Assembly: GCA_963590215.1 (NCBI GenBank)
Contig: CAVAON010000003.1
Coordinates: 1-52,348 of the forward strand
DNA: 52,348 nt
Source: Anaerovoracaceae bacterium
GTDB lineage: Bacteria > Bacillota > Clostridia > Peptostreptococcales > Anaerovoracaceae
Direction: 5' to 3'
Shown: piece after piece, positions 37,362-44,265 of the stretch
How the letters are laid out: every line of letters begins with the position of its first letter
Position numbering within the stretch: the first letter of the stretch is position 1
Made by a program: the position numbers and the translations under genes
The notes under the pieces: model-generated
What the model was told of the DNA's origin: nothing
The model's database searches: none
What the model saw: only the letters and a program-made list of their open reading frames with translations

Positions 37362-37443
37362 CAATATCGCCTCCTTTCATTAGATCCCAATACCGGGTCT
37401 TTTGAAAATCGGCTCAGCCGCTCAGGTCTCGTCTTCAGCAACT

Positions 37444-37452
37444 ATTATACCA
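37444..37452 (-). promoter_or_regulatory. extended -10 box TGGTATAAT (proximal promoter of the small ORF)
   Basis: Minus-strand TGGTATAAT. The -35 is poor. The predicted TSS (about 37436) falls at the start of the AAGACGAG repeat arm. Confidence 0.4.
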
Positions 37453-37521
37453 CGATGATAATCTCAAAGGGTATCTGTTACACATCGGCTCTGTCCTATC
37501 GGCCAATCTCCGTGTGTAGAC

Positions 37522-37550
37522 ATTATACCAGAAGAACAATTTCCAAACAA
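37522..37550 (-). promoter_or_regulatory. distal promoter on the minus strand
   Basis: Minus strand: TTGTTT (37550-37545), 17-nt spacer, TGG-TATAAT (37527-37522). Confidence 0.45.
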
Positions 37551-37700
37551 GAGTTCGCAAACATTTTAGTTAAAGGATTGCTACTGCTCATATCCGGGTA
37601 AAAATATACTTTCTGAAATCGCACCGCAAAGGGATTTTGTCTGACAAACATAGAGGTCTCAGATTTTCGTAAATTTATTTGCTCAAATTACAAAATATAC

Positions 37701-37729
37701 TTGTCAGAGGATATTTTTTGTGTAATAAT
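37701..37729 (+). promoter_or_regulatory. sigma-A promoter of the pur operon leader
   Basis: TTGTCA (37701-37706), 17-nt spacer, TGt-AATAAT extended -10 (37724-37729). Confidence 0.55.
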
Positions 37730-37757
37730 TAAAACATCAGTTGAATAAGTTTTGTTT

Positions 37758-37824
37758 ACTAATATATGTTCTGTATGATGGCTGGAACGTCTCTACCACG
37801 CGCCGAAAAAAAGTGACTATTAGT
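37758..37824 (+). promoter_or_regulatory. purine riboswitch aptamer (guanine-type core, atypical P3/L2)
   Basis: P1 is ACTAATA (37758-37764) / TATTAGT (37818-37824). It aligns position by position to the xpt aptamer: J1/2 UA.., L2 ..AUGG, J2/3 GUCUCUAC, L3 CCGAAAA, J3/1 AC with C at the specificity position (37817). Only 3 of 6 P3 pairs are Watson-Crick. Confidence 0.6.
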
Positions 37825-37883
37825 TGATATGCGCAATTGCAGCCTTGTTTCAAAGGCTCGCTTTGTGTTTATTTTGTATTAGT

Positions 37884-37912
37884 AAACAGGTTTTTTAGCC
37901 TGTTTTTCTTTT
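37884..37912 (+). terminator. terminator of the purine riboswitch expression platform
   Basis: AAACAGG-TTTTTTAG-CCTGTTT followed by TTCTTTT. Positions 37877-37887 (TATTAGTAAAC) are perfectly complementary to the 5' arm region 37754-37764, giving an alternative antiterminator pairing. Confidence 0.6.
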
Positions 37913-37918
37913 ACTATA

Positions 37919-37990
37919 CCTGTCATAACTGACGATAAGCGGGTTACCGCAGGGGAGTGACAGGCGAAATACATGTCGATCGTCTGGGCA
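37919..37990 (+). promoter_or_regulatory. ZTP riboswitch (pfl motif)
   Basis: P1 is CCTGTCA (37919-37925) / TGACAGG (37958-37964). J1/2 is ACTGACG, P2 is CGG-GTTA-CCG, followed by conserved AGGGGAG. The 3' subdomain ends CGTCTGGGCA (37981-37990). The pseudoknot GACG/CGTC is a compensated version of the consensus GGCG/CGCC. Confidence 0.8.
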
Positions 37991-38038
37991 GACAACTATC
38001 TCATATATTAGGGATACTTGTCTGTCCTGTTGTTTTTT
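37986..38038 (+). terminator. ZTP-controlled terminator
   Basis: GGGCAGACAA (37986-37995) pairs with TTGTCTGTCC (38018-38027), followed by TGTTGTTTTTT. The 5' arm overlaps the conserved UGGGCA of the aptamer. Confidence 0.75.
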
Positions 38039-38051
38039 GCAGGGAGGATTT

Positions 38052-38546
38052 ATGAAAAAAATAGGAATTGTAATGGGAAGCGACTCTGATATGCCTGTCG
38101 TATCAAAAGCGATAGATACCCTTAAAGAACTCGAAGTGCCATATGAGGTGCATATATATTCGGCACACAGAACACCCGAGGAAGCTAAAAATTTTGCACA
38201 GGGAGCAAGAGCTGCCGGATTTGGCGCAATCATAGCAGCAGCAGGTAAGGCTGCACATCTTGCCGGAGCCATAGCTGCAAACACGACATTGCCTGTAATA
38301 GGGATTCCGGTTAAATCGTCAACACTTGACGGACTTGATGCACTGCTTTCAACTGTGCAGATGCCTTCGGGAATACCTGTTGCAACAGTTGCGATAGATG
38401 GAGCTGCCAATGCGGCACTTCTGGCAGCTCAGATGATTGCCATCGAAGACAGAGAACTTGCAGAGAGATTACATACAAAGAGAATGGCAGACGCACATAA
38501 GGTACTTGAAAAAGATGCTGCACTTGCAGCAAAGTTAAATAAATAA
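38052..38546 (+). CDS. purE: 5-(carboxyamino)imidazole ribonucleotide mutase / AIR carboxylase PurE
   Basis: IGIVMGSDSDMPV...SAHRTP...AAGKAAHLAG..A..T.LPVIGIP motifs. AGGGAGG RBS; the ATG at 38052 is preferred over the ORF-track start 38037. Confidence 0.95.
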   Translation: MKKIGIVMGSDSDMPVVSKAIDTLKELEVPYEVHIYSAHRTPEEAKNFAQGARAAGFGAIIAAAGKAAHLAGAIAANTTLPVIGIPVKSSTLDGLDALLSTVQMPSGIPVATVAIDGAANAALLAAQMIAIEDRELAERLHTKRMADAHKVLEKDAALAAKLNK

Positions 38547-38570
38547 TATAAATGTATGGAGGAACAACTA

Positions 38571-39260
38571 ATGGAAAAGAAACTCGTTTACACAGGAAAA
38601 ACCAAGAATGTATTTGCACTTGACAATGGTAATTATCTTCTTAAATTCAAGGATGACTGTACAGGAAAAGACGGAGTGTTTGACCCGGGGCAGAACGCTG
38701 TGGGACTCACAATCGAGGGAGTAGGCGATGTGAACCTTCGTATGTCAATTTATTTCTTTGAAAAAATCAATGCTGCAGGAATCAGAACTCATTATGTCAA
38801 TGCAGATCTTGATGAGACAACAATGGAGGTATTGCCTGCAAAAGTATTCGGAAACGGGCTTGAAGTTATATGCAGGCACAAGGCTGTAGGTTCATTTTTC
38901 AGAAGATATGGCGAATATATCGAAGAAGGAGCAGACCTGCCTGAATACGTTGAAATGACATTCAAAAATGATGAAAAGGAAGACCCGCTGGTAACAAAAG
39001 ACGGTCTTGTTGTCCTTGGAGTAATGACAGAAAAACAATATGACGATATCAAAGCTATGACACAGCAGATAACAAGAATAGTTGCAGATGATATGAAAGC
39101 AAAAGGACTTGTGCTTTATGATATCAAATTTGAATTCGGATATGACAAAGACGGCAATGTAATGCTTATAGATGAAATCGCATCAGGAAATATGAGAGTA
39201 TACAAGGACGGAGAATATATAGATCCTATGACTTTATCAGAGCTTTTCTTCAGTAAATAA
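38571..39260 (+). CDS. purC: SAICAR synthetase
   Basis: [11 protein letters not shown]...CTGKDG motifs. The ATG at 38571 has GGAGG 8 nt upstream. Confidence 0.93.
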   Translation: MEKKLVYTGKTKNVFALDNGNYLLKFKDDCTGKDGVFDPGQNAVGLTIEGVGDVNLRMSIYFFEKINAAGIRTHYVNADLDETTMEVLPAKVFGNGLEVICRHKAVGSFFRRYGEYIEEGADLPEYVEMTFKNDEKEDPLVTKDGLVVLGVMTEKQYDDIKAMTQQITRIVADDMKAKGLVLYDIKFEFGYDKDGNVMLIDEIASGNMRVYKDGEYIDPMTLSELFFSK

Positions 39261-39273
39261 CGGGGAGGAATCA

Positions 39274-40698
39274 ATGGGTGGATATTTTGGTGCAGTATCA
39301 AAGCGTGATGTTGTGCTGGATGTGTTTTATGGTACAGATTATCATTCACATCTTGGAACAGCCAGAGGTGGAATTGCTGCATACGATGAAGAATATGGTT
39401 TCCAGAGAGAAATCCACAATATAGAAAACTCACCCTTCAGAACAAAATTCGAAGGCGTATGCGATTCTATGAGAGGCAAATCATGTATCGGGTGCATAAG
39501 CGACGGAGATCCGCAGCCCATACTGATACGTTCAAATTTGGGGACTTATGCAATAATCACAGTCGGGGTTGTAAAAAACTCAAAGGAGCTTACAGATCAG
39601 TTTCTGGCATTCAGTGGAGGACATTTTGAAGCAATGACAGGTGGGAGAATCAACTCTACAGAGCTTGTTGCATCAATGATAAACCAAAAAAGCGACTTCC
39701 TTGAGGGTATTAAATTCGCACAAAGTGTGATTGAAGGCTCAGCCTCAATTGTAATATTGAAAGAAGACGGCCATATTATAGCGGCAAGAGATAAGCTCGG
39801 CAGGACGCCTCTCCTCATAGGCAGGGACAGTGACGGATATTGCATTTCCTTTGAGTCTTTTGCCTATGAAAAACTCGGATATGAAACAGCGAAAGAACTT
39901 GGCCCCGGAGAAATTGCAGAGATATCAAAGGATGGCATAACTGTTTTGCAAAATCCGGGCAAAGACATGAAGATATGCGCGTTTTTATGGACTTACTACG
40001 GATATCCCAACTCGACATATGAGGGGGTAAATGTTGAAGTTATGAGGAACAAAAACGGCAGACTTCTTGCACAATATGATGATGCAAACGGCAAAAGCTT
40101 TGACATAGATTATGTTGGCGGAGTGCCTGATTCAGGCGTTGCTCATGCAATAGGATATGCCAATGAGTGTGATGTTGATTATGCAAGACCATTTATCAAA
40201 TATACACCGACATGGCCAAGAAGCTTTATGCCAAACAACCAATCAGAAAGAAATCATGTTGCAAAAATGAAGCTGGTGCCTGTAAATGAACTTATCAAAG
40301 ACAAAAAACTGCTGTTTGTAGACGACAGCATAGTCAGGGGTACTCAGCTCAAGGGAACAGTTGATTTTCTTTATGAAAACGGAGCAGAGGAAGTTCATAT
40401 GCGTTCGGCCTGCCCCCCTATAATGTATGGATGCAAATATCTTAACTTCTCAAGACAGAATTCAGATATGGAGCTCATAGCAAGAAGGATTGTCATGGAG
40501 CTTGAAGGGGAAGAAGGCGCAGAACACCTTGAGGAATACAGTGACGGCACTACGCAAAGAGGGCAGGCATTGAGAAATGCACTTTGTGAAAAGCTGCATT
40601 TTGATTCCCTTGAATACCAGAGTATAGATAATATCATAAAAGCAATAGGCATAGACCCGTGCAAGGTCTGCACCTATTGCTGGAATGGAAAGGAATAA
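39274..40698 (+). CDS. purF: amidophosphoribosyltransferase-like protein lacking the N-terminal Cys nucleophile
   Basis: PRTase signature LLFVDDSIVRGTQ and an Ntn-amidotransferase-like N-domain, but the N-terminus is MGGYFGAV instead of (M)CG[IV]xG. Position in the operon is that of purF. Confidence 0.8.
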   Translation: MGGYFGAVSKRDVVLDVFYGTDYHSHLGTARGGIAAYDEEYGFQREIHNIENSPFRTKFEGVCDSMRGKSCIGCISDGDPQPILIRSNLGTYAIITVGVVKNSKELTDQFLAFSGGHFEAMTGGRINSTELVASMINQKSDFLEGIKFAQSVIEGSASIVILKEDGHIIAARDKLGRTPLLIGRDSDGYCISFESFAYEKLGYETAKELGPGEIAEISKDGITVLQNPGKDMKICAFLWTYYGYPNSTYEGVNVEVMRNKNGRLLAQYDDANGKSFDIDYVGGVPDSGVAHAIGYANECDVDYARPFIKYTPTWPRSFMPNNQSERNHVAKMKLVPVNELIKDKKLLFVDDSIVRGTQLKGTVDFLYENGAEEVHMRSACPPIMYGCKYLNFSRQNSDMELIARRIVMELEGEEGAEHLEEYSDGTTQRGQALRNALCEKLHFDSLEYQSIDNIIKAIGIDPCKVCTYCWNGKE

Positions 40699-40703
40699 GT
40701 GAA

Positions 40704-41744
40704 ATGAAGAACTCAAAAGCGGATGCATATGCAGCTGCAGGCGTCGATATAACTGCGGGATATGAGTCAGTCAGATTGATGAAAGAACATATTAAAAAAA
40801 CAGTTACAAACGGAGTAATGTCAGAGGTGGGAGGCTTTGGAGGCCTTTTCAGACCTGAGCTTACAGGCATTAAAGATCCTGTGCTCGTAAGCGGCACAGA
40901 TGGAGTCGGCACTAAGCTTAAAATTGCATTTCTTGCGGACAGACATGATACAGTCGGAATTGACTGTGTTGCAATGTGTGTCAATGATATAGTTTGCTGC
41001 GGTGCGACGCCTATGTTTTTCCTTGACTATATAGCCTGCGGCAAAAATGTGCCTGAAAAAATAGCACAGATTGTAAAGGGAGTTGCCGATGGATGTATTC
41101 AGGCAGGTTGCGCACTGATTGGCGGCGAGACAGCAGAAATGCCGGGATTTTATCCCGAGAATGAATACGACCTTGCAGGGTTTGCGGTAGGTATGGCAGA
41201 TGGTAGCAGACTTCCGGACAAAACAGATATAAATCCGGGGGATACCGTGATAGCTCTTGCATCAAGCGGCATTCACTCCAATGGATTTTCTCTTGTAAGA
41301 AAAGTGCTGGATGTTGAAACTGCAGACCTTGATGCACCAATATCAGAGCTTTCCGGCAAATCTCTGGGAGAGGTACTTCTTACACCTACAAAAATATATG
41401 TAAAGCCGATACTTGCGCTCTTCAAAGAAGTAAATGTCAAAGCTGTATCTCATATTACAGGTGGCGGTTTTTATGAAAATATTCCAAGAAGCCTGCCTGA
41501 GGGTATAAGTGTCAGTATAAAAACAGAAGACATCAGGGTATTGCCTGTATTTGAATATATAGCAGCAAAAGGCAATATCCCGCCAAGGGAAATGTTTAAT
41601 ACATTTAATATGGGAGTCGGAATGACGGTCATAGTTTCTCCTGAAGAGACAGACAGGGCACTCGAAATTTTGAGGGCAAATGGAGAAGATGCATACATTC
41701 TCGGCGAAGCCGTCAGCTCAGATGAAGGGATTATATTATGGTAA
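40704..41744 (+). CDS. purM: AIR synthetase
   Basis: YAAAGVDI...GGFGGLF...VSGTDGVGTKL motifs. Start at the ATG 40704 after the purF stop. Confidence 0.95.
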   Translation: MKNSKADAYAAAGVDITAGYESVRLMKEHIKKTVTNGVMSEVGGFGGLFRPELTGIKDPVLVSGTDGVGTKLKIAFLADRHDTVGIDCVAMCVNDIVCCGATPMFFLDYIACGKNVPEKIAQIVKGVADGCIQAGCALIGGETAEMPGFYPENEYDLAGFAVGMADGSRLPDKTDINPGDTVIALASSGIHSNGFSLVRKVLDVETADLDAPISELSGKSLGEVLLTPTKIYVKPILALFKEVNVKAVSHITGGGFYENIPRSLPEGISVSIKTEDIRVLPVFEYIAAKGNIPPREMFNTFNMGVGMTVIVSPEETDRALEILRANGEDAYILGEAVSSDEGIILW

Positions 41745-42361
41745 AAACAAAAATAGCCGTGCTCATATCCGGTGGTGGTACTAATTTGCAGGCCCTGATA
41801 GATGCACAGCGCGATGGGATACTCAGAAATGGCAGAATAGCACTTGTGATTTCGTCAAATTCTATTGCCTACGGACTCAAAAGAGCAAAAGAGGCAGGCA
41901 TTGATGCTGTTGCAATCACGCGCAAAGAATGTGGATCACAGGAAGCGTTTGAAGCTGAAATTATCAAAAAACTGGAGGAGTATGATATAGAGCTTATAGT
42001 TCTTGCAGGGTTTTTGAATATACTTTCGGAGGACTTTGTTAAACGATACCCCGAAAGAATAATCAACGTTCATCCTTCGCTCATACCATCATTTTGCGGC
42101 AAGGGTTTTTATGGCATCAAAGTCCATGAAGCAGCGCTTGATTACGGCGTTAAAGTTACAGGTGCAACAGTCCATTTTGTAAATGAGGTAACTGACGGAG
42201 GCAGGATAATCAGACAAAAACCGGTATGTGTCAGAACAGATGATACACCTAAAACATTGCAAAAACGCGTAATGGTACAGGCAGAGTGGGTGATACTTCC
42301 GCAGGCAGCAGAGGAGGTTTCAAAAGCAATTGCAGAAAGGAAAGAATATAATGGAATATAA
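41738..42361 (+). CDS. purN: GAR formyltransferase
   Basis: IAVLISGGGTNLQALID...INVHPSLIP.F.G...ATVHFV motifs. Confidence 0.9.
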   Translation: MVKTKIAVLISGGGTNLQALIDAQRDGILRNGRIALVISSNSIAYGLKRAKEAGIDAVAITRKECGSQEAFEAEIIKKLEEYDIELIVLAGFLNILSEDFVKRYPERIINVHPSLIPSFCGKGFYGIKVHEAALDYGVKVTGATVHFVNEVTDGGRIIRQKPVCVRTDDTPKTLQKRVMVQAEWVILPQAAEEVSKAIAERKEYNGI

Positions 42362-43070
42362 TGATATTGGGAAACTGCTTTCGTCAAATGAATATCCGGG
42401 AAGAGGCATTGTCCTTGGAACAAGTCCCGATGGCAGTAAACATGTGGCTGCATATTTCATAATGGGCAGAAGTGAAAACAGCAGAAATCGCATATTTGAA
42501 AAAAGAAATGACGGAATATATACAAAAGCCTTTGATGAAAGCAAAATGGAGGATCCTTCGCTGATAATATATGCGGCAGTAAAACAATCGGGAAACAGTC
42601 TGATTGTTACAAACGGTGATCAGACAGATACAATATATGAATTCCTTGAAGACGGTGACAGCTTTGAAGCCGCACTTGATACAAGACAGTTTGAGCCTGA
42701 TGCTCCGAATTTTACATCGAGAATAAGTGGAGTCGTTACAGGCGACGAATCAGGATGCATGTACAAGCTGAGCATACTAAAAAGCCTTGACGAAAAAGGA
42801 AGCACATGCGGCAGATTCATCTACAGCTATGAACCTGCTGCAGGAAAGGGCCATTTCATACATACATACAAAGGAAACGGCAATCCCCTCCCTGCATTTA
42901 CAGGAGAGCCTGTGCCTGTTAATATATATGATGACTGCGAGGGATTTGCACAATATATATGGGATAGCCTTGACAGTGAAAATAAGATATCGCTTTATGT
43001 GAGATATACTGATATTAAAACAGGAGAATATACAGAAACTCTCATAAATAAAAATATACAGGGGGCGTAA
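42351..43070 (+). CDS. purO: IMP cyclohydrolase, archaeal PurO-like type
   Basis: SNEYPGRGIVLGTSPDG...AAYFIMGRSENSRNR resembles the PurO-type IMP cyclohydrolase family. Sits immediately upstream of an AICARFT-only purH. Confidence 0.7.
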   Translation: MEYNDIGKLLSSNEYPGRGIVLGTSPDGSKHVAAYFIMGRSENSRNRIFEKRNDGIYTKAFDESKMEDPSLIIYAAVKQSGNSLIVTNGDQTDTIYEFLEDGDSFEAALDTRQFEPDAPNFTSRISGVVTGDESGCMYKLSILKSLDEKGSTCGRFIYSYEPAAGKGHFIHTYKGNGNPLPAFTGEPVPVNIYDDCEGFAQYIWDSLDSENKISLYVRYTDIKTGEYTETLINKNIQGA

Positions 43071-43071
43071 A

Positions 43072-44256
43072 ATGAAAAATTTTGAGCTTAAATACGGATG
43101 TAATCCAAATCAGAAGCCAGCAAAAATATATATGGAAAATGGAGACGAGCTTCCTGTTGAAATTCTTAGTGGCAGACCGGGATATATAAACTTCCTTGAT
43201 GCATTCAATGCATGGCAGCTTGTAAAAGAATTAAAAGAAGCTACAAGCCTGCCTGCAGCAGCATCATTTAAGCATGTCAGTCCTACCTCAGCTGCTCTCG
43301 GCAAGGTGTTGCCTGAAAGACTCAAAAAAGCCTGCTTTGTTGATGATATAGCCGGACTTGACGATTCGCTCATTGCGTGTGCTTATGCCAGGGCAAGAGG
43401 CACAGACAGGCTTTGTTCTTTTGGCGATTTCATAGCTCTTTCGGATATATGCGATGAAACAACTGCAAATATCATCAAAAGAGAAGTGTCAGACGGCATC
43501 ATAGCTCCGGGATATACAGACAAAGCACTCGAAATATTAAAAACAAAGCGAAAAGGCGGCTACAATATCATAAAAATTGATGCTTCATATGAACCTGCAG
43601 CTGCTGAAAAAAAACAGGTATTTGGTATTACCTTTGAGCAAAAGCGAAATGATATCAGAATAGACGGCAGTGCTCTTGAGAATATAGTTACGGCTAATAA
43701 ATCCCTTGGAGATGATGCAAAACTCGACCTTATTACAGCACTTATAACACTTAAATATACTCAATCAAATTCAGTATGCTTTGCTTACGACGGACAGGCT
43801 ATAGGTGTTGGAGCAGGGCAGCAATCAAGAATTCACTGCACTCGTCTTGCAGGAGACAAGGCTGATACGTGGTTTTTGAGACAGAGCAACAGAGTGCTTG
43901 AGCTGCCATTTAAAACAGAGCTTGGCAGAGCAGAAAGAGATAATGTAATAGACGGATATATCAATAAATACGAAGAGGATGTATGTGCAGAAGGCATATG
44001 GCAAAAATATTTTACCAGGAGACCTGAACCATTTACAGATGAGCAGAAGAGGATATATCTTGATGAGATTAAAGGTGCATCACTTGCTTCAGATGCATTC
44101 TTCCCGTTTGCAGACAGCATTGAAAGAGCTTTTAAAAGCGGTGTTTCATATGTGGTAGAGCCGGGAGGTTCAATCAGAGATGATCTGGTGATACAATGTG
44201 CAGACAAATATAATATGACGATGGTATTTAATGGAATAAGGCTCTTCCATCATTAA
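43072..44256 (+). CDS. purH: AICAR formyltransferase (PurH transformylase domain only)
   Basis: 394 aa. KYGCNPNQ...ASFKHVSPTSAA...GAGQQSRIHCTRLA...VVEPGGSIRD match the C-terminal AICARFT half of PurH. No MGS-like IMPCH domain. Confidence 0.85.
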   Translation: MKNFELKYGCNPNQKPAKIYMENGDELPVEILSGRPGYINFLDAFNAWQLVKELKEATSLPAAASFKHVSPTSAALGKVLPERLKKACFVDDIAGLDDSLIACAYARARGTDRLCSFGDFIALSDICDETTANIIKREVSDGIIAPGYTDKALEILKTKRKGGYNIIKIDASYEPAAAEKKQVFGITFEQKRNDIRIDGSALENIVTANKSLGDDAKLDLITALITLKYTQSNSVCFAYDGQAIGVGAGQQSRIHCTRLAGDKADTWFLRQSNRVLELPFKTELGRAERDNVIDGYINKYEEDVCAEGIWQKYFTRRPEPFTDEQKRIYLDEIKGASLASDAFFPFADSIERAFKSGVSYVVEPGGSIRDDLVIQCADKYNMTMVFNGIRLFHH

Positions 44257-44265
44257 GGTGATAAA

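Noticed and set aside
37530-37560. PurR-like PurBox (TTTGCGAAC on the minus strand; GAAC...GTTC) near the pur leader.
   Set aside because: Only a single near-match half site is present. The GAAC-GTTC spacing (15 nt) does not fit the B. subtilis PurR site geometry I recall. It lies about 150 bp upstream of the pur promoter, inside the minus-strand promoter region.
37590-37690. 43-codon minus-strand ORF (MFVRQNPFAVRFQKVYFYPD...) between the small-ORF module and the pur promoter.
   Set aside because: It has no RBS and no recognisable motif, and it runs into the minus-strand promoter elements. It is probably a chance ORF or a decayed remnant.
37895-38410. 171-aa minus-strand ORF overlapping the ZTP riboswitch and purE.
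   Set aside because: It is an Ala-rich antisense translation of purE and would run through two terminators and the riboswitch.
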